Notes under the pieces: generated by a model
Seen by the model: only the letters and a program-made list of their open reading frames with translations
Told to the model about the DNA's origin: nothing
The model's database searches: none
Made by a program: the position numbers and the translations under genes
Assembly (NCBI GenBank): GCA_944393225.1
Contig: CALXZK010000002.1
Location: 15,148 to 79,147, forward strand
Origin: an uncultured Alphaproteobacteria bacterium
Lineage (GTDB): Bacteria; Pseudomonadota; Alphaproteobacteria; RF32; CAG-239
DNA: 64,000 bases
Reading direction: 5' to 3'
In this document: positions 30,350-40,019 of the stretch, piece by piece
Layout of the letters: each line of letters begins with the position of its first letter
How positions within the stretch are numbered: the stretch's first letter is position 1

Positions 30350-32002
30350 TTACTTGTTTATATGAATTAATGACTTTGCATATTCTTCCAAATCTAACGG
30401 ATAAGTAATATCCAAAGCTTCTTTTTTGTCTTTTATCTCGATGGTCTTGGTGTAATCAGCAAACTCAACAAAAACCGGACGCAGATGTGCATTCTCCGGA
30501 ACAATATCGGCAAAGTCGTATAGCTCTTTGCTCCATATTATCGGGTTGATTTTTTTACCCTCGCACATGGACATTATAACTTGTTTGCTTTTTCCTTTTT
30601 TGAAATTTTTAATCATATCATCAATATGTTCTTTGGTGATATTCGGCATATCTGCCGGAATGAGAATTGCGCCGTCACAAAAGCTGGGTACAGACTTGAT
30701 ACCCATAGAAATAGATGTTTTTATACCTGAGCGATAGCCGGAATTATACAACACATTAACATCTACCTTGTCTAAATATTCTTCCATTAAATCGGCCTGA
30801 TAACCTGTAACTAAAAACACCGGAGATGCCTTAGACTTAACAGCTGCTTGCAAAGCCTTCATGAATAAAGGTTCTCCATCAATATCCACCAAAAGCTTGT
30901 TGCCGCGGCAACGAGCTCCTACACCTGCAGCCAAAACAACGGCGGCAATTCTTGCTTCTTTGCCGTTTACATCATGTCCGGCAGACGTGATGTAATTGGT
31001 CATCATTTCTTCGGGCAATTTGGTTTCGCGCGGAATGATAAAGTTTTGCGGATGGTCAAAGTCAAACACATTAAGTTTATCGGCAACTATGGCTTGTTTT
31101 ATATAGCGTACGGCATAAGAACTATCAATATTGCCGTAATTATAAGGAACGACAATAATGCGCTTTCCTCGTTTAGAGGCAATAATAAAATCACCGGCAT
31201 TGACTTGCGGTAAATAAGGGCAAACAATTTCATCAACAATACTGTTTAATGCCTTAACCATAATATCGTGTGGGCAGCGTGTTTGTTGCGCCGGAAGAAT
31301 GAACAAGACATCATTATCATCAATTAATGCTCTTTGCAAAATGTTGGCAATTTCTTCCGTTTGGTGCGGCGCCTCATATTCATGCTCAAATGTCAAATCC
31401 ATATTGGGAAAATCTTTAACCAAGCGCTTGACGATGTTGGTAAAATGTCTGGTTTCACTTTTATCATTGGTCAATCGCGTATACATCAGTCCTACTTTTT
31501 TGGCGCTAATGTCATGCACCGAAAGCATATCGGTATTTCCCGAAAGGCTATACAAAATTTCATCGACCATGTTTTGCGGAATAATCGGCAGATTTAGCTC
31601 CAACTCGGCAATAATGGTATCGGCTTCTACAATTTTATATGGCTGAATGGTATTCAAAATAAAGAAACTGCCATGACGATTGAACTTGGCTATGCGCTCT
31701 TCATTGACCATAAACACACCGTTTGTTCCTGCGGCTATGCGGCAGATTCCGTCTTCTCCGACACTATATGCCGTATTTTTGCCGCAAAGTTTGGCAGCAA
31801 CTTCACCTAGCGCAGCCTCAAAGGTTATGTCTCCATTTTCCATGCCGGCAACAAAAATCTTTTCTATGTTATTCTGTTTGAACAAAATGACATCATCTTT
31901 ACTTATTTTATGAGCCTTAGGCAAAAAAACACCACCGACAACCATCTGATTGAATAAATACATTCCGAGGGCTTCGGTCACTTTGAGTTCTTGGCAAATC
32001 AT
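30350..32002 (-). CDS. Molybdopterin-binding (MoeA-like) / MocA-like nucleotidyltransferase fusion
   Basis: C-terminal AAVVLAAGVGARCRGNKLL...DGAILIPADMP; N-terminal molybdopterin-binding-like region; likely ATG at 32002 (ORF track extends to TTG 32050). Confidence 0.75.
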   Translation of the reverse strand: MICQELKVTEALGMYLFNQMVVGGVFLPKAHKISKDDVILFKQNNIEKIFVAGMENGDITFEAALGEVAAKLCGKNTAYSVGEDGICRIAAGTNGVFMVNEERIAKFNRHGSFFILNTIQPYKIVEADTIIAELELNLPIIPQNMVDEILYSLSGNTDMLSVHDISAKKVGLMYTRLTNDKSETRHFTNIVKRLVKDFPNMDLTFEHEYEAPHQTEEIANILQRALIDDNDVLFILPAQQTRCPHDIMVKALNSIVDEIVCPYLPQVNAGDFIIASKRGKRIIVVPYNYGNIDSSYAVRYIKQAIVADKLNVFDFDHPQNFIIPRETKLPEEMMTNYITSAGHDVNGKEARIAAVVLAAGVGARCRGNKLLVDIDGEPLFMKALQAAVKSKASPVFLVTGYQADLMEEYLDKVDVNVLYNSGYRSGIKTSISMGIKSVPSFCDGAILIPADMPNITKEHIDDMIKNFKKGKSKQVIMSMCEGKKINPIIWSKELYDFADIVPENAHLRPVFVEFADYTKTIEIKDKKEALDITYPLDLEEYAKSLIHINK

Positions 32003-32172
32003 CTTTATTTTCCTTTGTTTCAACCCTTTCAGATTAACAAATTTTTGCAAAAGTAAAAGGATGAATTGTAACTTTGCAACAGTATTTATTCGCTAAAATG
32101 CAAAAAAGTGATGACTTTTTAGAAAAAATAGGCTATATTGCTCGCAATCATTTCAACTAATAAAGGTTTATT

Positions 32173-32814
32173 GTGAAAAAAATAATTTCGATTGCTGAAG
32201 CCGGCAAGCTTGTCAAAGACAATGCTTCCGTGATGATTGGCGGTTTTTTGCGTTGTGGAACGCCTGCTAAAATTATAGATGAACTGGTTAAAAACAAAAC
32301 TTCTAACCTCACCCTTATTGCCAATGATACCTGTGTCCCCGATTCAGGCAGAGGTAAACTTATTGTCAATAAACAGGTTAAAAAAGTGATTACCACCCAT
32401 ATCGGAACCAACCCCGAAACAGGTAGACAAATGACCAACAAAGAGATTGAGGTTGAGTTAGTACCGATGGGAACTTTGGTTGAACGCATTCGCGCTGCCG
32501 GTGCCGGCTTGGGCGGCGTTTTAACCCCGACAGGTGTCGGTACCGTGGTTGAAGAAGGTAAAAAAGTTTTGGATATTGACGGCAAGAAATTTATTTATGA
32601 AAAGCCGCTTAAAGCAGACTATGCTTTGATTTATGCCTCTAAAGTCGACAAGTTCGGTAATGCCTTTTTAGAAGGGACAACCCGCAACTTTAATGTTGTG
32701 ATGGCTACCGCTGCCGATACGGTTATTGTCGAAGCTCAAGAAATTTCAGATGAACCGCTTGACCCGAATTATGTTACCATTCCGGGCGTGTTTGTTGATT
32801 ATATTGCCAAATAA
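32173..32814 (+). CDS. atoD: Acetate/3-oxoacid CoA-transferase subunit A
   Basis: MIGGFLRCGTP, HIGTNPE, GTLVERIRAAGAG, TIPGVFVDYI. Confidence 0.85.
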   Translation: MKKIISIAEAGKLVKDNASVMIGGFLRCGTPAKIIDELVKNKTSNLTLIANDTCVPDSGRGKLIVNKQVKKVITTHIGTNPETGRQMTNKEIEVELVPMGTLVERIRAAGAGLGGVLTPTGVGTVVEEGKKVLDIDGKKFIYEKPLKADYALIYASKVDKFGNAFLEGTTRNFNVVMATAADTVIVEAQEISDEPLDPNYVTIPGVFVDYIAK

Positions 32815-32824
32815 GGATAACAAA

Positions 32825-33490
32825 ATGGAACTTTCTAAAGAACAAAAACGTGAGATTATTGCCAAACGCGTTGCTCAAGAACTTCATGACGGTGATGTCG
32901 TGACTTTGGGTATCGGGCTTCCGACCGAAGTGGCAAACCATGTGCCTCATGATGTTAATATCATTATACAATCTGAAAACGGCATGATTGGTGTTGGTCA
33001 CCGCGATTTTGAAGCTCCGGAACGTCCGATTGTAACAAACGCCGGCGGTATTCCCGTTACCACCAAACAAGGGGCTTGCTTCTTTGATACGACCATGTCT
33101 TTCACGCTCATTCGCGGCGGACATGTCGATGTGACCGTTTTGGGCGCTCTCCAAGTTGATGAAGAAGGAAATCTTGCCAATTGGATGGTGCCTGAGGTTT
33201 TTGTCCCGGGTATGGGCGGTGCCATGGATTTGGTTGTTGGTGCCAAGAAAGTGATTATTGCCATGGAACACACCGCTAAAGGTGAAAAACGCATTGTCAA
33301 AAAATGCACACTTCCCCTCACCGCTGCACATGAGGTAGATATGATTGTAACCGAAATGTGTGTGATTGACGTAACCCCTGATGGTTTGCTCTTGAAAGAA
33401 ATCAACCCGCTTTTCTCTTTGGAAGAGGTTTTAGAAGCAACCGATGCGGAATTGATTATTCCAGAATCATTCGTACAAAAAGCTGTATAG
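32825..33490 (+). CDS. atoA: Acetate/3-oxoacid CoA-transferase subunit B
   Basis: LGIGLPT, QSENG (catalytic Glu), GMGGAMDLV; real start MELSKEQ at 32825 with an RBS. Confidence 0.85.
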   Translation: MELSKEQKREIIAKRVAQELHDGDVVTLGIGLPTEVANHVPHDVNIIIQSENGMIGVGHRDFEAPERPIVTNAGGIPVTTKQGACFFDTTMSFTLIRGGHVDVTVLGALQVDEEGNLANWMVPEVFVPGMGGAMDLVVGAKKVIIAMEHTAKGEKRIVKKCTLPLTAAHEVDMIVTEMCVIDVTPDGLLLKEINPLFSLEEVLEATDAELIIPESFVQKAV

Positions 33491-33509
33491 TTTTTATAAA
33501 ATTTACGCT

Positions 33510-33541
33510 AAGCCCGAAGCTCTTTTCTTCGGGCTTTTTTT
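33510..33541 (+). terminator. Terminator after the CoA-transferase operon
   Basis: aagcccgaag / cttcgggctt plus T run. Confidence 0.85.
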
Positions 33542-33620
33542 GTATTTACAAATATTCTCTCTTATGTTATCTGACATCTATGCAACAAATTATTTTATTC
33601 ACTATTAAACTTTAAGCATT

Positions 33621-34082
33621 ATGGAAAAGTATCGAAAAATTACACGACTTATGGTCGGTGCCGTTATCGTTTTTGTATTGTGTTTTGCAGCTCAGGTATT
33701 GGGTTTTATTCCTAGTGACAATCTTCTGGTCGATTGCTTCAGCAGCATCGCTTTATTGATTTTGGGTTTGGGTGCCCTTATCGGTTTTGTTTCAACAATC
33801 AGGTATTTTGGAATAATTCTCGGTCACGCCTGTACAACTTATGAAAGACGCAATTTGGGTTTAGGCTTGTCTATGATTATCTCTATTTTTGCTTTTGTAG
33901 GGGTTGGTCTTATCGGATACACTTTAGGTGAATTCTGCAATAGCCAACACATACATCTGAGTGCCGATATTGTAGATGGGTTTTCATATATTATGGAGGC
34001 TTTGGGAATGATTATGGCCAGTGCTTTTTCTTTATGGACACTGGCACACCTTCAACACACATTAAACAAGCATAACCTATAA
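33621..34082 (+). CDS. Hypothetical integral membrane protein (about 4 TM)
   Basis: 153-aa hydrophobic ORF. Confidence 0.6.
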   Translation: MEKYRKITRLMVGAVIVFVLCFAAQVLGFIPSDNLLVDCFSSIALLILGLGALIGFVSTIRYFGIILGHACTTYERRNLGLGLSMIISIFAFVGVGLIGYTLGEFCNSQHIHLSADIVDGFSYIMEALGMIMASAFSLWTLAHLQHTLNKHNL

Positions 34083-34094
34083 AACGAAAACAAC

Positions 34095-34130
34095 AAAAAA
34101 GAGGAAGCTTTGCTGCTCCCTCTTTTTTTT
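34095..34130. terminator. Bidirectional terminator
   Basis: aaaaaagagg / cctctttttt inverted repeat between convergent genes. Confidence 0.7.
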
Positions 34131-34134
34131 ATTC

Positions 34135-34950
34135 TTAAGCAAAAATTTGCGCTAACTTTTGGTTTTCCCTTTCATCCGTTAAATTAATGCTCAATGCCGA
34201 AATGGTGATATTTTTAGAATGAATTTCTTTATCATCATCGGGAAAAATACTTTCTGGTGAATATCTTCCTTCCAAATTTTGCAGACACATTCTTTTTTTC
34301 TCCACACTTCCTTCATTGAAACGTCTGGTACCATGACGACAGACCAAAATTTTACCGATTTCTTCAGTCGGAACATTGGGAAAATTTACATTTATCAAAC
34401 AATCGGCATCCCAAGAGCATGTGCATACTTTTTTGATTATGTCTTCCAGATAAATATCTGCTAAATTCCAATTAACAATTTCAGCACCGTCCGTTAACTG
34501 AGATACGGCAACAGACATGACACCATGTAACAAACCTTCTATAGCAACGCCAATTGTTCCGGAATAGGTAATATCATCGGCAATATTGCGTCCGTTATTT
34601 ATGCCGGAAACAATCAAATTGGGTTTGTTATCTTTCATAATCATAGATAAAGCAATACGCACACAATCGCTCGGAGTGCCTTCTACGGCAAAATGGCGTT
34701 CATCTATTTTATGAATAACATTTGGAAAATTCTCTGCCGAGCTATGCCCTGCCATGCTTCTTAATGTGTCAGACGTGATGGCATGACTGGCGCCGCTTTT
34801 TTCTTTGTTAGGAGCCACGACCCAAACATCTGCGCCTAATCTGCTTAAAATCTTTTCAAGAAGCTTGATTCCCTTAGCCTCAATTCCATCATCATTAGAA
34901 ATAAGAATCGTTGCCGAAGCAAAATCTGATATCGGTTTGAAATGCATCAC
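34135..34950 (-). CDS. surE: 5'/3'-nucleotidase SurE
   Basis: ILISNDDG, SGASHAIT, GTPSDCV, SGINNG, YSGTIG. Confidence 0.93.
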   Translation of the reverse strand: MMHFKPISDFASATILISNDDGIEAKGIKLLEKILSRLGADVWVVAPNKEKSGASHAITSDTLRSMAGHSSAENFPNVIHKIDERHFAVEGTPSDCVRIALSMIMKDNKPNLIVSGINNGRNIADDITYSGTIGVAIEGLLHGVMSVAVSQLTDGAEIVNWNLADIYLEDIIKKVCTCSWDADCLINVNFPNVPTEEIGKILVCRHGTRRFNEGSVEKKRMCLQNLEGRYSPESIFPDDDKEIHSKNITISALSINLTDERENQKLAQIFA

Positions 34951-35930
34951 GACCGCCCTCCATGACAGAATTTATTACACATATTACTTTGATAGTTGGA
35001 TAATCTACCGTTAAAGAACTCTGATAAAATTCTTTTCTCGTCTTTGCTCAGACCCAACATTTGAATTGACTCATTGATATAATTCAACTCATAAGCCAAA
35101 CGTTTTTCTTCATACGGAGATAATGGTTGTCTTTCTTTAGCCTTAATTATATGAGGAATATCGTTATAATCAGCATTTTCAGATAGAATATTGTTGTTTC
35201 TATCAACAACTTGCAATTTGAAGTCTGCTCCTTTATTAACGGCATCTATCACAATATTAACGCCATCTAATGTTCCCTTACTTAAAAAATCGTGACTTTT
35301 CAAAGAAACCAATCTGGGGACAATCATCTCATTTTCAGAACATTCTAAATTGTGTCTTCTTGCTTGAAAATATCGGGTAACGTTACTCAAATAACACATG
35401 TGTTTGTTGGCTGCGACATATGTGAAATTAATTTGGTAACCTTTCTTACCAAAAATTGCTTCCAAAGAATTTTTAGGATGATTATTAATATCTATGCATG
35501 GCGTAGATATCATAATGTGACGCCCGATATCTGCCGTGCGATAAAGCATATTATCGCGCAGAGCCAACGGAAGCTGACAATAATAATCAGCAACCAGTGG
35601 ATTTTCTTTTATTGCCTCAAATACGCGTTTATCATAAGGACGAAATTCATCAAAATCCGCACTAACTAAATTGCCATTATATTTTTTTAACAGAGCTCGT
35701 TCTACATTGGATTTTCCGGCACCGGGATAACCTAAAACAATTTCGGCAACCGGAGTTTCACCTTCAGTTATGGAGGTGGATTTGCCAATTTGTTGGGTGC
35801 ATACCTTGTTTACCATCAAATTGACATAAGTTTCAGACAACGGTTCTACTTCTGATTTTGCTTTTTTGGGATAATAGACCGTTTTACTATTAGCAATGGT
35901 ATGACGCAGCTCACGATATGTATCGTTCAT
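34947..35930 (-). CDS. Zeta-toxin-family P-loop kinase
   Basis: LGYPGAGKS Walker A, SADFDEFRPYD, later SNVTRYFQAR...VPRLV pattern typical of zeta-like kinases. Confidence 0.7.
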   Translation of the reverse strand: MNDTYRELRHTIANSKTVYYPKKAKSEVEPLSETYVNLMVNKVCTQQIGKSTSITEGETPVAEIVLGYPGAGKSNVERALLKKYNGNLVSADFDEFRPYDKRVFEAIKENPLVADYYCQLPLALRDNMLYRTADIGRHIMISTPCIDINNHPKNSLEAIFGKKGYQINFTYVAANKHMCYLSNVTRYFQARRHNLECSENEMIVPRLVSLKSHDFLSKGTLDGVNIVIDAVNKGADFKLQVVDRNNNILSENADYNDIPHIIKAKERQPLSPYEEKRLAYELNYINESIQMLGLSKDEKRILSEFFNGRLSNYQSNMCNKFCHGGRS

Positions 35931-36032
35931 ATTACTATCCTTTGCTGTCTAAATAATTTTATTTAATGGCAATAGATTAATATGAAACTATACTCTTAGC
36001 AAGCCATGTAGATAAAGCCTGTTTATAGATAT

Positions 36033-36066
36033 AAAAAAAGAGGTGCCAAACAGCACCTCTTTTTTG
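36033..36066. terminator. Terminator of rplM-rpsI
   Basis: aaaaaagaggtgc / gcacctcttttt. Confidence 0.8.
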
Positions 36067-36090
36067 TATCTTAGCCTTAAGCTCAAACGA

Positions 36091-36549
36091 TTAACGTTTA
36101 GAGAATTGGTAAGAACGACGAGCTTTTGCACGACCGTATTTTTTACGTTCAACAGTACGATCATCGCGGGTCAAGAAGCCAGCTTTCTTCAAAGCAGCTC
36201 TCAATTCTGGCTCATATTCGTTCAAAGCTTTAGAAATACCGTGTTTGATAGCACCAGCTTGACCAGACAAGCCACCACCTTTAACAGTGCAAACAACGTC
36301 AAATTCATTAACGCGGTTAGCAACTTCAAACGGTTGGTTGATAATCATTTTCAAAACCGGACGAGCAAAATATTGGTCAATGGATTTGTCATTGATGGTG
36401 ATGTTGCCTTTACCGGGTTTAATCCATACGCGAGCTACAGCGTCTTTTCTTTTACCTGTGGCATAAGAACGACCCAATTTATCGCGGTTGGGTTTACGAA
36501 CCTTAACTTCTTCGTTGTTAGAGGCGTTTTTGATTTCTTGCAAATCCAT
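36091..36549 (-). CDS. rpsI: 30S ribosomal protein S9
   Basis: [39 protein letters not shown]. Confidence 0.98.
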   Translation of the reverse strand: MDLQEIKNASNNEEVKVRKPNRDKLGRSYATGKRKDAVARVWIKPGKGNITINDKSIDQYFARPVLKMIINQPFEVANRVNEFDVVCTVKGGGLSGQAGAIKHGISKALNEYEPELRAALKKAGFLTRDDRTVERKKYGRAKARRSYQFSKR

Positions 36550-37016
36550 TATAATGCACTCCTTTTATTTTTCGGGTTCTGAGCAGCAATATCCAAAACA
36601 ATCGGATTTTGAGCTGTGTGCGGGTGATTTTCACCAGCATAAACTTTTAATTTGGTCATCATTTGACGGCCCAAAGGATTACGAGAAATCATGCGTTCAA
36701 CAGCTTTCTCGATAACTCTTTCAGGGAAACGACCTGCCAAAATTTTTGCAGGGGTGGTTTCTTTGATTCCGCCAATCCAACCGGTGTGTTTGAAATATTT
36801 CTTGTGAGTCAATTTCTTACCGGTCAATTTTACTTTATCGGCATTGATAACAACGACATAGTCACCGCAGTCCAAGTTAGGAACAAAGCAAGGTTTGTGT
36901 TTACCGCGCAAAATCTTAGCGATTTCGGCAGAAAGACGACCCAATACTACTCCAGATGCGTCAACGACATACCATTTTCTTTCAATGTCAGATGGTTTTG
37001 TTGCATATGTGTTCAT
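36549..37016 (-). CDS. rplM: 50S ribosomal protein L13
   Basis: [36 protein letters not shown]. Confidence 0.98.
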   Translation of the reverse strand: MNTYATKPSDIERKWYVVDASGVVLGRLSAEIAKILRGKHKPCFVPNLDCGDYVVVINADKVKLTGKKLTHKKYFKHTGWIGGIKETTPAKILAGRFPERVIEKAVERMISRNPLGRQMMTKLKVYAGENHPHTAQNPIVLDIAAQNPKNKRSAL

Positions 37017-37222
37017 ATTTTCTCTCTTTTTAAAGATAGTTGTTAAATTCGGTTTGAATATACAGGAAAAGTTTTGAATGTCAACTAAAAAATTTCATTA
37101 ATTTTCAATATATTAATTTATGGTATTATAATACCACTTATTATCTTATTGATTTTACTTGCTTTATATATTTTCACGAAAATGAAAAAATTTAAAGGGT
37201 GGATTTTTTCCACCCTTTTTAC

Positions 37223-39922
37223 TTATTTTCCTAACAATTCTTTCAATTCATAGAGTTTTTCCAAGGCTTCTTTTGGGCTATAATCATCAGGATTAAGCTC
37301 CTTCATCGCTTTAACCAGAGGCATTTCTTCTTCCCTCTCCTCTTTTTCTTCCATTTTCTTTTGCACGGCGGCAAACAAAGGTAGATCATCTATCATCTTG
37401 GTGATATAGGTGCTCTTGTCGCTATGCTCTAATGAATCAAGCACTTGTTCGGCACGTTTGACCACCAACTTGGGCAAGCCTGCCAATTTTGCCACATGAA
37501 TACCATAAGACCTATCTGCAGCGCCATCAATCACTTCATGCAAGAAAACAACTTCGCCGTTGAACTCTTTGATTTTCATACAATGCAGGCTCATGTTTTT
37601 CAGCTTGCTGTTCAACAAGGTCAATTCATGATAGTGGGTAGCAAACAAAGCTCTACACTTATTGACATCATGCAGATGTTCCACAACTGCCCAAGCAATC
37701 GACAAGCCGTCATAAGTTGCCGTTCCTCTGCCGATTTCATCCAAAATCACAAAAGAGCGCTCATCTGCCTGATTCAAAATGCTGGCGGTTTCAACCATCT
37801 CTACCATGAAAGTGGAACGACCTTTAGCCAAATCATCAGAAGCGCCGACACGAGAGAATATCTTATCAATAACACCGATATGCGCTTCTTTTGCCGGAAC
37901 AAAGCATCCCATTTGCGCCATAATCGCAATAATGGCATTTTGACGCAAGAAAGTTGACTTACCTGCCATATTCGGACCGGTCAAAAGCCATATTTTTCCG
38001 TTTTCTTCACTCAAGACACAATCGTTGCCGACAAAGGCGCCGTTATGCTCTTTATTGATGGCGGCTTCCACGACCGGATGTCTGCCCTCTTTCACGTCAA
38101 AGACCAAACTTTCATCAACGACCGGTCTGGTATAATTTTGCTCGATTGACAAATCTGCCAAGGCTGCAGCAACATCCAACTCTGCGAGCGCTTTGGCGGT
38201 ATGCGAAATATCATCCGACAGACGAATCACGTCCTCAACCATTTGGGCAAAGAGTTCCAACTCCATCGCCAAAGCTTTGTCTTCGGCACCGCGGATTTTG
38301 TTTTCCAACTCGGTTAGCTCAACCGTGGTAAAACGTGTGGCATTCAAAACCGATTGTCTATGAATGAAAAACTTGTTTTCAAGCATTTGTGAGGCAAATT
38401 TGCTCGGAGTTTCGACAAAGTAGCCAATCACATTATTGTATTTAATTTTCAACTGAGGAATGCCGGTATCTTGAATATATCTGCCCTGCATTTCCATCAA
38501 CATTTGGTGACTGTCATTTTTAATATGACGAATTTCATCCAACGGCGGATAATAGCCCTCTTTGATAAAGCCACCGTCACGAGCCAAAAGCGGCAAATCT
38601 TCATCCAAAGAAGCGATGATTTTATCAACCAACTCTTGATGGTAGCCCAATCTGTCCAAAATGTCTTTCACAGCCGGCGGCATATCTTTTATCATTTGTC
38701 CATCCGGCTTATGCGAAAAATCTGACAGCAGATTTTTGATTTGCGGCACCAGATTTAAGCCTTGTCCGATGTTGGCTAAATCACGCGGACCACCTCTGCC
38801 CAAGCTCAAACGAGAAACGGCTCTTTCAATATCGGGACAAGAGCGCAACATCTCACGAAAATCTTCTCTGACACTATTGTTCTCGCGGAAAAACTCAATA
38901 GCATCCAATCGATTGTTAATCTCGGCAATGTCAAGAAGCGGATTGGCAATGCGATTATGCAACAATCTTCCGCCGGAACCGGTGATGGTTCTATCCAATA
39001 CACCAAACAAGCAAGCGTTCTTATCGCCGGTCAGACTTTCGGTCAACTCTAAAGAACGGCGGGTTGCACCGTCAATTTCAATAACCTTATTTTCATGCAG
39101 TTTAATCGGTTTTTCAATTCTTGGGATTTTGCCTTTTTGCGTGCTTTCAACATAATCCAGCAGCAATCCTGAAGCGATAACTTCCGGCTTGGTGAATGCA
39201 CCAAAAACTTCCAAAGAATGAACTTCATAAACTTCTTGTAATCTCTTTTGAGCATTTTCAAAATTAAAGCGTGCTTGCGGTAAAATACTCAACTGTTCAC
39301 GATATTCTTTCAAAACCTCAAAAATTTTCGGATTTTGCAAAAAGTTGTCCGAAACCAAAATTTCAACCGGATTAAGGCGTGCAAGAATCGTACTCAAAAC
39401 AACAGCTTCATTTTTGTCTTTTAAATTAACGTCTTGCGTATAAAAATCGCCGGTAGAAACATCTACCCATGCCACGCCCATAACGTCACTCACTTTGGCA
39501 AAAGCAAGCAAGAAGTTGTTCTTTTTAGAATCAAGCAAATGATCTTCGGTCAGTGTTCCGGCCGTAACCAGACGAATGACCTCTCTTTGCACAACAGACT
39601 TGGCACCTCTTTTTTTGGCTTCTTTGGGATCTTCGGTTTGTTCGCAAATGGCAACCTTATAACCTTGTCTTATCAACTTTGCCAAATAGCTCTCATAGGC
39701 ATGGAAAGGCACACCGCACATCGGAACATCGGCATTTTCATATTTTCCGCGTTTGGTTAAGGCAATATCCAATGCTTTTGAGGCGATAACGGCATCATCA
39801 AAAAACAACTCATAAAAATCGCCCATGCGATAAAACAACAGGTAATCTTTATGTTCATTTTTAATCTTCAAATATTGCGCCATCATCGGCGTGACATTAT
39901 TTAAATTTTGTGCTTCGGTCAT
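37223..39922 (-). CDS. mutS: DNA mismatch repair protein MutS
   Basis: FYRMGDFYELFFDDA, TGPNMAGKST, DEIGRGT, SYGIHVAKLAG. Confidence 0.98.
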   Translation of the reverse strand: MTEAQNLNNVTPMMAQYLKIKNEHKDYLLFYRMGDFYELFFDDAVIASKALDIALTKRGKYENADVPMCGVPFHAYESYLAKLIRQGYKVAICEQTEDPKEAKKRGAKSVVQREVIRLVTAGTLTEDHLLDSKKNNFLLAFAKVSDVMGVAWVDVSTGDFYTQDVNLKDKNEAVVLSTILARLNPVEILVSDNFLQNPKIFEVLKEYREQLSILPQARFNFENAQKRLQEVYEVHSLEVFGAFTKPEVIASGLLLDYVESTQKGKIPRIEKPIKLHENKVIEIDGATRRSLELTESLTGDKNACLFGVLDRTITGSGGRLLHNRIANPLLDIAEINNRLDAIEFFRENNSVREDFREMLRSCPDIERAVSRLSLGRGGPRDLANIGQGLNLVPQIKNLLSDFSHKPDGQMIKDMPPAVKDILDRLGYHQELVDKIIASLDEDLPLLARDGGFIKEGYYPPLDEIRHIKNDSHQMLMEMQGRYIQDTGIPQLKIKYNNVIGYFVETPSKFASQMLENKFFIHRQSVLNATRFTTVELTELENKIRGAEDKALAMELELFAQMVEDVIRLSDDISHTAKALAELDVAAALADLSIEQNYTRPVVDESLVFDVKEGRHPVVEAAINKEHNGAFVGNDCVLSEENGKIWLLTGPNMAGKSTFLRQNAIIAIMAQMGCFVPAKEAHIGVIDKIFSRVGASDDLAKGRSTFMVEMVETASILNQADERSFVILDEIGRGTATYDGLSIAWAVVEHLHDVNKCRALFATHYHELTLLNSKLKNMSLHCMKIKEFNGEVVFLHEVIDGAADRSYGIHVAKLAGLPKLVVKRAEQVLDSLEHSDKSTYITKMIDDLPLFAAVQKKMEEKEEREEEMPLVKAMKELNPDDYSPKEALEKLYELKELLGK

Positions 39923-40019
39923 CTTTTTTTTCTAAAAATTTATTAATTTTAAACTTGTTTGCATAATAGTATATTTAAAAGCTTAGTCTAGAACTTTTTG
40001 CTACTTATGGAATAAAACC

